Source: Histomonas meleagridis 2922-C6/04-290x
Lineage: Eukaryota; Protista; Parabasalia
Direction of reading: 5' to 3'
DNA: 64,000 nt
Assembly: GCA_020184695.1 (NCBI GenBank)
Contig: JAANOX010000205.1
Coordinates: 124,001-188,000 of the forward strand
The notes under the pieces are model-generated. The model saw only the letters and a list, made by a program, of their open reading frames with translations, was not told the origin of the DNA and ran no database searches. Shown here in pieces: positions 55,401 to 64,000 of this stretch; the stretch's first letter is position 1; every line of letters starts with the position of its first letter. A program made the position numbers and the translations under genes.

Positions 55401-55503
55401 CAAAATCAGAATAGAATAGTTCTTCTTCTTCCTCTTCTTCCTGGAATAAAGCAATTGTTGAAGGTTGCTCTGAAGGTTGATTTTCTATTTTGCTTTCTTC
55501 CAT
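52483..55503 (-). CDS. Ubiquitin-specific protease, USP7/Ubp15-like
   Basis: GLRNSGMTCYLNS, QQDVQE, LHLRRF, HFGSVFGGHY, FDDENV; MATH-like region before the catalytic domain and UBL-like C-terminal region. Confidence 0.9.
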   Translation of the reverse strand: MEESKIENQPSEQPSTIALFQEEEEEEELFYSDFDENYYGNLFDEDSANESESYYSNMKAPEKQIEFCDYDINIELTELAKLTEESTNVIEVGLYTIGNYTFQLKLGKIESKGPLIFASVTSQDNVDVDISLKIEPLRKFISNHSASFSKTINSVLLRPHLFSPEEIPTENVSAVLSFHFTPDVLLTKDYFNCVGLRNSGMTCYLNSLIQCLFHLKPFRNIVFSIDNPKSEIANNLKLTFARMQMMSHPVSTRQLTKSFGWEIEDLFTQQDVQELMKLLLDRLDDSCHNKTSELFKGVMKSYIRCPSANYESSHDEDFCDLSLQVEGLKCLEDSLTQYFQPDKLTGDDQYELPDGSKADAEVGSELKENPQILCLHLRRFRFGNNNLTKINSTFSFPDSLTFGGDRYQLHSIISHFGSVFGGHYNAFVKIDGIWTNFDDENVRHVESHEAIEENFGEEGQRSFTAYVLFYIKPEFDEMEEPEIPIDIIESEARRASEITIVLQTSIGKLDKLSPRSIRVNKDLNSEEFKEFISHETQIPIDQLVIRKVTDHGYVKEIIPDPVPIPQFFYHADYTTDLPIFVTFFIPGYELIPLGFIHIQPGETIEQLSNKIFEKLKLEPLETIAYYDFGQDEIGSIATGPINECQQFIFELKSQENSQELIEPIKRTFNEKIEKINPPKEKSHFTLLDNIKVDTLKDFFSYVKNNRIMTFKSFDNTGQEFKLELACNLTFKQVLECIGKYLNVDPNKIFLFLPDKWNEGPSFHYLLSDIFPNFRTLSDQTDLLYYEVSEYDTRFYSRIYVTIINNYKTEKSFPLYFLKKFKVNELKEEIARQYETDDFILFYISDGIPYLIPNDDDEVNVQHKIGIQFGVGEFDNEKNMLLRVIYYDETFQRISSNPEIPFLLNVNIDITWKELKGLELFKDKKLIVLRREKRNSFIEINLDDNNKIDQNDLVAITFKKSFVCSGIFSSKQMTIKKEDLDSDEDDKDFVGEEEEEEMFEEEDEGVE

Positions 55504-56034
55504 TTATAGGTTGATGGTCAAGTTATGACATATTTATATTTTCTTTGAAATAAATGATGGCAATAAATTACCAATTTATAAAATTGATAAAATATCCTCA
55601 TTTATTTTTAAAATATTCAAATGCATTAGAACCAAACAAGGTAAGCAATGAAAAATGAACGAAAATAAAAAAAGAAAAATGTTTACAAAGATTAATAATT
55701 AAAATATATCTATAAATACTTCAATTTGTGAACTCAAATTGCCAAGCAACTTTGAGAAGGAAATATGCAATAATCAAACAAATGATTACTTCTAAGATTA
55801 TTAACTTCCTTTGGTTCTCCTTCATTTCTTTTAAATGACCGTTTACTTTTCTTTTATTAAAAATCTAAATCAAAATTCCATTTAACAATAAGTTATTACT
55901 AAAATGATTCTATATTCTTAACACACTGTTTTAGGAAACTTCAAAAATAACATATCAAAAAATACTAATTATTATGATAATTATATCCAAAGAGAAATAA
56001 TAAAATAAAGACACCACTGCACGACGTTTACTCA

Positions 56035-56451
56035 TTAGCTGTTAATTCCATCCATTAAAGATTGCACTTCATCAACAAATTTTTGACATGAATTTGCAAC
56101 AGGCATATCAAGAGTATAAAATGGATTTTTGAGCACATAGTCTGTATACAACGCATAAATGTTATGTAATATATCTTGAGTTTTTGAGTGTTGTAAATCT
56201 GTAAATATCATGAATTTTAACCCTGTAATTGTTTGAAGGCAACTTAACTTCCAAGTTGTACATTCGAACTCAGTAAACCCGGAAGATTTTTGCACGGGAG
56301 AAATCTCAACAGAAATAGCATGAAGAGAATGAAGTGTAGCGCCGATAATAATAACTTCATCAGAGTTGAGCTGAGTTGCGCCTGGATGGTAATGTTGATA
56401 AAACACAAGACCACCACTACTATTAAGTACCATTGCGCAATACACAACCAT
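56035..56451 (-). CDS. TRS23: TRAPP complex subunit Trs23/TRAPPC4 (sybindin family)
   Basis: NSSGGLVF, LHSLHAIS, QTITGLKF and YALYTDYVLKNPFY..DMP motifs. Confidence 0.9.
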   Translation of the reverse strand: MVVYCAMVLNSSGGLVFYQHYHPGATQLNSDEVIIIGATLHSLHAISVEISPVQKSSGFTEFECTTWKLSCLQTITGLKFMIFTDLQHSKTQDILHNIYALYTDYVLKNPFYTLDMPVANSCQKFVDEVQSLMDGINS

Positions 56452-56631
56452 TACAACTAAATGACGGGATTTGAGAGACTTTGTTTGACATATTCACATC
56501 AACGCAACGATTAAAGTGCATTGAATTCGGTCACAAAAAGTTCTATCGTATATGACAAATCAAAAATAACATCAAATTAATTAATTTTATGATTAAAAAA
56601 ATCCCAAACAAACAACAAAACAACATTAAAT

Positions 56632-59607
56632 TTAATTCCCCAAAATCTGGGTGAATCTTTTCTGGTATTCCGGGTCGATCCCTTTTTTCCTCCTTTGTTG
56701 TATTACATTTGCGATTGCTCTAGCAGCCATCATTGACATTTTATCAGGAACTTTATACGCATCTACGAATACCATTAAAACTTTAATTATATCGATACCA
56801 TTATCATTAATATGATCCTTAATTACAATCAATGCATATTCTTTCATAATATTTGATTCCGAGCATATATAAAATGCTGCAGTAGGCATTAACTGTATAT
56901 AATTTACAGCTTCTGGAGCATTTTTACCGATTGAAGCAATACATAAAAACGCCGGCATTCTAAACGAAGTATTTTCGGAGAACAAAAACCCGAAAAGATT
57001 TCGAATTATTCTTGTAAATTCAGGTACATTAATAACTTTTGATACTGAAAAAATTGCAGCCATTAACGAAATTACATCAATTTCATTTGTAGCTTTTGTT
57101 AATTCTTCAGCTAATAATACGCATAACTTTGATTTCTTTAATATATTTGGTTGAAGATCCATAACTTTTAAAGCAGAACAAACTAATTCCACTTGATGAC
57201 TTGCAATTAAATATGAAGCCACAGCATAAAACTCGGGAATCTTTGATAATTGTTGATAAAATTGTTGATAATCAAGTAAATGAACATAAACATTTGTCAC
57301 AGTAATAGTATCATTATTAATTGGTAAATTTTGTACTATTAATCCAGCGAATCTTGGGTTATTTACTATTTCTCCCATGAACTCAACAATTTGAGTGTTT
57401 TCATGTTCAGCAAATAACAATGATATAAACATTGGATCAGAATGTAATGATTGATTACCTTCACAATACTTCGATAATATCATTGAAGATTCATTAAATT
57501 CTTTGATAAGTTGTCTCCAATCTTCTTTAGTTACTTCAACTTTAGCTGACGTGAAATTAAGTGTTGAAACTATAGTTTGATCAATATCAGCCTTAAGTTT
57601 TTGATCCAAGTTATTTCGTGCCCATATTAATATCCCGATTATCCCTTCTGGAATGTTTTGTATGTTATCCAAAAGTTTACGTATTAAATCTAAGAGTGAG
57701 ATAATTAATTTCGTTGGTTCTGGCTTACGTAAGAAACTTAACAATTGTAATATAAATGCTGGCGCTGAACATATGAAATCAAATCTTATTAATGAAGCTG
57801 AAATTAATACTGTTAATGCACTTCGTCGTAACTTTTGATTATTATTGGATGAATATGTTAACAATGCCTTTAATACATTAACATCAAATATTTCGGGTGA
57901 ATTACATCGCTTTAAACATTTGATCAAATGTTCTTTCGTTTGTTCATTCGAATCTTCTGTTAATATTTGTGTGATTATAGTACAGCCACCATTAGATGCT
58001 ATTAACTTCGCAGATTTCTTATCTGTTAATGATTCGCCCAAAAGTTTTGAGATAGAATTTCGTGATTCACTTGTTTGACATTTTCCTAATTTGTTAATTA
58101 AATTTGTGATATCTTTGTTACTTGGCGTTGCTCCTTTTGCATGCCGATGTTTTTTGTGTGTCGTCTTATGTTTGGTTTGTTTGATCTCATGTGAAAATTG
58201 TTCTTCATCTGTACCAGCAAAATGATATTTCGGATTAACTAATAATGTGACAATCCGCGCCATTGTCGGCCGGTCTTCTGGCTGCTGGCTCCAACACTTT
58301 TGTATGAGACGTGATAAACTTGGCGGACTATCAGCCGGAATTGGTGGCCGTAAAGTTCCTCCTACAACTCCTAATGTAATCTCCGCTGGCTTCATGTTCT
58401 GGTATGGCATCCCTCCTGTTAATAGTTCCCATAAAAAGATACCATATGAATAAACATCAACTTTTTCATCATACGATGGTTTTGACATTAAAACTTCAGG
58501 CGCCATCCAATGTGCTGTCCCGATCAAGCCTGTCATGGGTCCATCTTTATGCGTGCGGACCATACCGAAGTCACAGATCTTCGCATGATATTTGTCATCA
58601 AGGAGAACGTTAAGGCTTTTCAAATCGCGATGAATGATGTTACGCTCATGAAGATATTTCATCCCTTGAGCAACATCATATGCTATAAGGGAACGTATGG
58701 TGGGAGTTAAGGCTGTTGGGTTTTTACGAAGGACATCAAATAATGACCCATTTTGCATGTATTCAGTAACAATTAAAAATGGTGAATCTTCCGTATAACC
58801 AACAAAACGTAAAAGAGCATAATGATTAAGTGTTGCAAGAGTATAGATTTCTCGGCGAAATGATTCTAACTCTGGTTGCTTAAGAGCTCGTTGATGTAGA
58901 ATTTTTACAGCTACAACTTCTTGAGTCGGAAGATAGACACCAAGGTTAACAAAACCTGATTGGCCTTTGCCAATTCTTTTATTGATTTGAACATCATCTC
59001 GATTGATGACTAGATTTAATTTGGGTGGTAATTCTGGAATTGGTACATCAGTGGCATCTTCTCGAGATATTTCAATCCCAAGTTTTTTGAGTGAGTTAAA
59101 TCTTGCTGCTAATTGTGCTGCTGTATCTTCTCTGTTTTTAAGTGAAACTTGAATAAGAATTTGGCCTAAACGTTTCATGTCAACCATATCTTGGGAATTT
59201 AATTCTTGTTCAGAAATTTTGAAACATTGAGCAACTTGTGGAAGTTCTAGTTGATTAAATGCTGAAACAGCAGCATCTCGTAAAGCTTTAATTTCCATTT
59301 TTGGAGCTGATACATCTGTTGGAAGAATAAATGTAAGACAAGATTCACGTGTACATTGATTAAAAAGTTCTTGGAATTGATCTAAAACAGAAATAACAGA
59401 TACTACAGCTTTATTTATTGTGCTGTTCATTTTAGGTTGATTTGGACGTGTTAAACATTCACGAATTATAGGTGTGATTTTCTTGAGAACAAACAAGCAA
59501 CTGTTTATTTTGGAACAATGAATATAAGCCGAAAATTGTTTCTTTTCTATGTTTTCTATTTTTTCTAAAATTCCCATGATCTTTCCCTCATAAGAGTTTT
59601 GATTCAT
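56632..59607 (-). CDS. TKL-family protein kinase with N-terminal helical bundle and C-terminal ARM-like region
   Basis: GKGQSGFV, VAVK, HRDLKSLN, DFG, GTAHWMAPE and DVYSYG; ATG at 59607. Confidence 0.93.
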   Translation of the reverse strand: MNQNSYEGKIMGILEKIENIEKKQFSAYIHCSKINSCLFVLKKITPIIRECLTRPNQPKMNSTINKAVVSVISVLDQFQELFNQCTRESCLTFILPTDVSAPKMEIKALRDAAVSAFNQLELPQVAQCFKISEQELNSQDMVDMKRLGQILIQVSLKNREDTAAQLAARFNSLKKLGIEISREDATDVPIPELPPKLNLVINRDDVQINKRIGKGQSGFVNLGVYLPTQEVVAVKILHQRALKQPELESFRREIYTLATLNHYALLRFVGYTEDSPFLIVTEYMQNGSLFDVLRKNPTALTPTIRSLIAYDVAQGMKYLHERNIIHRDLKSLNVLLDDKYHAKICDFGMVRTHKDGPMTGLIGTAHWMAPEVLMSKPSYDEKVDVYSYGIFLWELLTGGMPYQNMKPAEITLGVVGGTLRPPIPADSPPSLSRLIQKCWSQQPEDRPTMARIVTLLVNPKYHFAGTDEEQFSHEIKQTKHKTTHKKHRHAKGATPSNKDITNLINKLGKCQTSESRNSISKLLGESLTDKKSAKLIASNGGCTIITQILTEDSNEQTKEHLIKCLKRCNSPEIFDVNVLKALLTYSSNNNQKLRRSALTVLISASLIRFDFICSAPAFILQLLSFLRKPEPTKLIISLLDLIRKLLDNIQNIPEGIIGILIWARNNLDQKLKADIDQTIVSTLNFTSAKVEVTKEDWRQLIKEFNESSMILSKYCEGNQSLHSDPMFISLLFAEHENTQIVEFMGEIVNNPRFAGLIVQNLPINNDTITVTNVYVHLLDYQQFYQQLSKIPEFYAVASYLIASHQVELVCSALKVMDLQPNILKKSKLCVLLAEELTKATNEIDVISLMAAIFSVSKVINVPEFTRIIRNLFGFLFSENTSFRMPAFLCIASIGKNAPEAVNYIQLMPTAAFYICSESNIMKEYALIVIKDHINDNGIDIIKVLMVFVDAYKVPDKMSMMAARAIANVIQQRRKKGIDPEYQKRFTQILGN

Positions 59608-59794
59608 TGCTTTTTGGAAAAGTGTCAATCATAGTTCGTTTTCAATTCAATTTTTGAAATAATTCAAACAAACCAGTTCAATTTAGAACAGCAACAATTA
59701 ACGAATTAACAAAATAAAATAAACTTTCTGATATATCATTTTATTAATAAATTTATTATCAAAGATCGAATATTAGTTTTGTTTGTCATATGTT

Positions 59795-60610
59795 CTACTT
59801 GTCAAGAGAATTGGATTTTAATTCAATGTTTTCTTCTTGATATAATATTTTGATGTTTTGACTATTCGTAAATTCTGTTATTGGATAAGCAGATGGTGAA
59901 CGGAATAAAATTGTTAATTTATAACAGTATGAAAAAGCATTATTTGAAATGAATTTAATTGAATTGGTTATTATTACTTTTTCCAATTTCATGCAATTAG
60001 AAAATGCATAACTATTAATACATTCTAAATATGGAGGCAAATATAAAATTTTTAATTGTCGACAATTATAAAACGAATCATTTCCAATGGAAATCAAAGA
60101 ATTAGGAAGATTTATTTTTCTTAGCTTAATGCAATATGAAAAGGCACCATCTTTAATTTCTCTAACTTCTTTGTTTAAGTGAATATATGTTAAATTTGTG
60201 CATTCAGAAAAAGAATATATTCCAATACTTTTAATTCCTGATGGAATTCTTACAGAATATAAGCTTATGCACCCAAAGAAGACATAATCATCAATCTCTT
60301 TCAATGATGAAGGTATATTGATTTTTTTTAGATTTATACAATCAAAGAAGGCATAACTATTAATTTTCTGAATTGAGTTCGGCAAATTTACAATTTTCAA
60401 ATTCAGACAAGATGAAAATGCAAAAGAATCAATTATTTGAACAGAAGAAGGGATATTTATAATTGATAAATTTGAAAAACCTTTAAATGATTTTTCTTCA
60501 ATTGACTTAACTAAAGCTTGAATAGACGATATCTTAATTGCATAAAAACATTTTTCATCTTCCTTTTCTTTATCTAAGCAATCAGGATATAATATATGTG
60601 TTTCAAACAT
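59795..60610 (-). CDS. BspA-like LRR_5 protein without a TM anchor
   Basis: About nine IPSSxxxIxxYAFxxC repeats. Confidence 0.88.
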   Translation of the reverse strand: MFETHILYPDCLDKEKEDEKCFYAIKISSIQALVKSIEEKSFKGFSNLSIINIPSSVQIIDSFAFSSCLNLKIVNLPNSIQKINSYAFFDCINLKKINIPSSLKEIDDYVFFGCISLYSVRIPSGIKSIGIYSFSECTNLTYIHLNKEVREIKDGAFSYCIKLRKINLPNSLISIGNDSFYNCRQLKILYLPPYLECINSYAFSNCMKLEKVIITNSIKFISNNAFSYCYKLTILFRSPSAYPITEFTNSQNIKILYQEENIELKSNSLDK

Positions 60611-60973
60611 ATTACAAAAAGGTTTAAAATATTCATGTATAAAAATTATTTATGCAAAACTTATCTATTTTAACCATCTGATTTCTTTTTGGCTTTTTCC
60701 GAACAAACGTTTATCTTGTTTTTGAGTACACTTTTGATAAACGAAATAATAATTTATTTTTACTGCTCCTTATAAATATAATGAAAAGATACAAATTTAA
60801 TATAATATTTAATGCTATTTTGTTAATTACATTTATGCTATTGTAACTAAAATTAAAATGTATTCATGAAGATATTTTAATTTTTAAAATCCCGGTTCTT
60901 CTTCAATTATCTGTTTCCACTGAAAATTTCCATTTGCCTCTATCAAAAAGTTCACCTTTTACCCCATCTTTCA

Positions 60974-62032
60974 ATGCTTAATTTCACTCTCTCTGGATTA
61001 CTTATAAGTTCATTATCCAATTCTCCTTTCGTTTCGGTGTCCTCAAGCTCCTATAAGCAGCACAAGCTTCAGGTTATTGATTCAATTTTTCGTAATCATT
61101 TTTCAAATTTTCTTTACATTTCTTCAAATAGTTTTTCATCAATTGTTAAGAAATCACAATTTACAGGCTTTCTTAGTTCATGCATTGAAATTGAGAATTC
61201 CGAACGAATCGAATCAGAATCATCATTTAGTGTAATCGACACAGTATTTAGTGACAATAAAACGCCATTTAATGGTGGTTCCATTAAAGTTTCTGTTGAT
61301 TCAACAGTTAATGTCAATATTACAAATTGTGAATTTTCAAATAATCAAGCTGGCATTGGAGGTGGCATATATATTTTATCATTAGGTAGTCTTAACATGA
61401 CCAATAATATGTTTAAGTACAATAGTGCTAACACAGGATCACATGCCTTTATATCAATTCCAAGTTGTCTCTCTAATAATGACATTTTCGAATATAGCAT
61501 TGGCACAGATTCATCAATTTCATTTGTATCACATCGTGACGTCACATATGTTGTCTCAATTAATGGCATGAATTATTTCCAAAACAACGCGACGATTAAT
61601 TTCATGCGAATGACGTCATGCGACATCTCATTTACTAACTGTAACTTTATGAAATTCTCCGAAACGAATGTAACAAATTATCAATCGGAATATTTCTTTG
61701 ATAACACAACAACTGCGAGTGCTGAATTCGCAAATTGCCAGTTCAATCAATATTACATAAGTCGAACAACAACAATTATCATAGGGGAATTGACAAACTA
61801 TTTAACAGGTTCAGCAATGCTGACCAACGCTGAGGAAATCCGTTTGGTGCCAACAGAGTCGCCAACAGTGCCAAACGATTGGACGTCGGGTCCCGCAATA
61901 TTCGCAGTGACGTGCTTCGTGTTCTTCTTCGTGGTGTCAGTGATAGGGATCATCATTGTGTCGTGTACAAATAAATCGTATGGAAAACCTTTGGCGTTGG
62001 AAGAAGATAGCTCCGAAAAATATAAAAATTAA
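60974..62032 (+). CDS. Pmp-like (GGAI/FxxN repeat) type-I membrane protein
   Basis: FSDNKTPFNGGSI and FSNNQAGIGGGIYI motifs; hydrophobic N-terminus; C-terminal TM segment. Confidence 0.7.
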   Translation: MLNFTLSGLLISSLSNSPFVSVSSSSYKQHKLQVIDSIFRNHFSNFLYISSNSFSSIVKKSQFTGFLSSCIEIENSERIESESSFSVIDTVFSDNKTPFNGGSIKVSVDSTVNVNITNCEFSNNQAGIGGGIYILSLGSLNMTNNMFKYNSANTGSHAFISIPSCLSNNDIFEYSIGTDSSISFVSHRDVTYVVSINGMNYFQNNATINFMRMTSCDISFTNCNFMKFSETNVTNYQSEYFFDNTTTASAEFANCQFNQYYISRTTTIIIGELTNYLTGSAMLTNAEEIRLVPTESPTVPNDWTSGPAIFAVTCFVFFFVVSVIGIIIVSCTNKSYGKPLALEEDSSEKYKN

Positions 62033-62087
62033 TATGTTGTTGTTTATTGCAATAAATATTATTTATTTTCATTGATTTTTTTTTAAA

Positions 62088-62459
62088 TAACACAAAAAAT
62101 GTGTATTTTGATATTAGAAAATTAGTAAACCTTTGATACTTGTGAATGGATAACAACATTTTAATTTTTGATTTCTTTTTTACATAACACAAAAAATGTG
62201 TATTTTGATATTCGAGAATTAGTAAACCTTTGATACTTGTTAGTGATTCACAACATTCTATTTATTTTTTTCTTTTTTAAATGAAATAAAAATGTGTATT
62301 TTGATATTAGAAAATCAGTCAACTTTTGATACTTGTTAATTTTTCACAGCATTTTAATTTTTGATTTCTTTTTTATATGACATAAAAATGTGTATTTTGA
62401 TGTTAGAAAATCAGTCAACTTCTGATACTTGTTAATGTTTCACAACATTTTAATTTTTT
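62088..62459. repeat. About 3.9 copies of a 96-97-bp intergenic tandem repeat
   Basis: AAAAATGTGTATTTTGAT...GATACTTGT...CATT recurs with GTG anchors at 62101, 62198, 62294 and 62390. Confidence 0.92.
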
Positions 62460-62581
62460 ATTTATCATTATTTCATCTTTTATGTTAAATGTAACAAGAT
62501 GATTTAATAAAGTTATATAATGATTTTTCATTTAAAGATAAAATAAAAGAAATAAAAAGTGATTTAAAACATAATATTTTA

Positions 62582-64000
62582 CTAACAATACAATTTTATA
62601 TTAGTGCAAATCTTATTCAATTTATCAAAAGTAGATTTGCTATGATTTCTTGTATGATCTTCAAATAATTTATAAATTGTTGGATTATTTTTACACAGCT
62701 TAATAAATTGCATAAATACTTCCGAATCACATATATCATCATTTGATATTAACTCAACAAAAATATCAAAAACTTTGGAATTATAAAAAACTTTTTCAAA
62801 TCCGTCTTCATGACGAAGAAATTCATTTAATATTTTAATGATTCCTTTGCAATCAGAATAATTTTCTTGTTCGACCAAATAATTTAGACGAAGAATAAAC
62901 TTTTGTACTTTCTTTTGTTGTGATAATATTTCTCTAATTAGTTTCGATTGCACAAGTGATTCAATTAATTCCAATAATATTTTTGATGATGAACGATTCA
63001 TTTCAAATTCTTTTATGATTAATTCTATTAATGATTTTTTATTAATACTTTTTGTAAATTGCTCTTTAATATAATTATTTTTATATATAAAACATTTCAG
63101 AAATTGTAAATATACGAAAGATACATTAAATAATTCAATTATAGTTTTAAGAGACCAAATTTTTAGAAGTGAATTTTGTCCTTCTTCAAAATTAAATATA
63201 AAAATTGAAGTTGTTTTTAATACTATTTCATAATGATTTAAATCTTCACTTGAATTTGATAATTCATTTAATAGTAATATTAATATATTTTTATTAAGTG
63301 CATATTGTTTCGATTCATGAAAATATATAAATATTAAACTCAAAACATTATGAAGTATTACATAATCAACAAAATCATAAACAGAAAGAATTTGTTGAAT
63401 TAAATTTGGTGGAAATTGTACACCAGCAATTATTAAATGATTAATTACAATAAAAGATAAATTTATATGATCTTCTTTGAAGTTATTACAAATATTAATA
63501 AAAATTCGAATCGGAAATAAAGTTAATGTGGAATTATAAAGTGTTGATAAAAGTTTTAATACATTATTTTTATATTCATCTTTAAGTAATAATTGAGTTA
63601 ATATAGTAATTAATTCGGAATCATTAAAATCTGATTCATAAAGACATATTAAAGCTGCGTTAATAAATAAAGATGAAGAATTTGATGATAGATATTCTTT
63701 AACAAACGAAGTAAACGATGATATTTGTTCTTTAATTTGTTTAATAGATAATAATCTTAATAACTGAAGTGAATAAACATTTTCTGGAATTCCTATTTGA
63801 AATAAAGATGAAAAATCAATATTATCAACTTTTTTATATTTTAAATAATAATTTGTAATAAGTTCAATTGCTGAAGATTTTGTGTATATTGTTTCATTTT
63901 CATTAAAAACAATTGAAATTGCTTCTTGGAAATGTGTTTTAGTTATTGGTAATACATGAAAAGCAACAGCTTTTATAATCCAATCATTTTGTAATGTTAA
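62582..64000 (-). CDS. ARM/HEAT-like hypothetical protein, 5'-partial
   Basis: The frame of ORF 62582-63343 stays open to the window end (LTLQNDWIIKAV...). Confidence 0.75.
   Translation of the reverse strand, partial: LTLQNDWIIKAVAFHVLPITKTHFQEAISIVFNENETIYTKSSAIELITNYYLKYKKVDNIDFSSLFQIGIPENVYSLQLLRLLSIKQIKEQISSFTSFVKEYLSSNSSSLFINAALICLYESDFNDSELITILTQLLLKDEYKNNVLKLLSTLYNSTLTLFPIRIFINICNNFKEDHINLSFIVINHLIIAGVQFPPNLIQQILSVYDFVDYVILHNVLSLIFIYFHESKQYALNKNILILLLNELSNSSEDLNHYEIVLKTTSIFIFNFEEGQNSLLKIWSLKTIIELFNVSFVYLQFLKCFIYKNNYIKEQFTKSINKKSLIELIIKEFEMNRSSSKILLELIESLVQSKLIREILSQQKKVQKFILRLNYLVEQENYSDCKGIIKILNEFLRHEDGFEKVFYNSKVFDIFVELISNDDICDSEVFMQFIKLCKNNPTIYKLFEDHTRNHSKSTFDKLNKICTNIKLYC

Noticed and set aside
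62088-62459. LRR-like translations of the 96-bp repeat (IRKLVNL.YL on plus; CESLTSIKGL on minus)
   Set aside because: Conserved stops and frame changes occur between copies and both strands give weak matches, so this is probably coincidence.
1-64000. rRNA, tRNA, transposase or Maverick/Polinton genes
   Set aside because: None was recognised by eye; tRNAscan and repeat searches were not run, so small RNAs cannot be excluded.

Overview
This is very AT-rich, gene-dense eukaryotic DNA, most likely from a parabasalid (Trichomonas/Tritrichomonas/Histomonas-like). That assignment is inferred from BspA LRR proteins, Pmp-like and DUF3447-type ankyrin genes, a GTATGT...ACTAACACATAG intron and M3/Inr-like promoter motifs. 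About 30 CDSs are present: CDC50, Rab, Vps55, Vps8-like, two USPs, HIRA-C-like, spastizin-like, three paralogous multipass proteins, BspA, a CDK-like kinase, eIF1, ABCA, Trs23, a TKL kinase and several ARM-like proteins, plus gene relics. The standout signal is in two ankyrin genes (1-1837 minus; 37355-38702 plus), with a third decayed copy near 4.6 kb. Their repeats are interrupted only in the D-x-x-G-x-T-P/A-L beta-hairpin by fixed-length T/A-rich inserts (14 of 17 nt, 1 of 18 nt). The inserts start with G or A, end in TTT and have no AG acceptor. Up to four occur in a row, separated by single codons. Removing them restores 33/34-residue ankyrin repeats at every junction. This suggests an unrecognised non-canonical micro-intron or excision system acting on the variable ligand-binding loop. 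The mechanism (RNA, DNA or translational) cannot be determined from the sequence alone.
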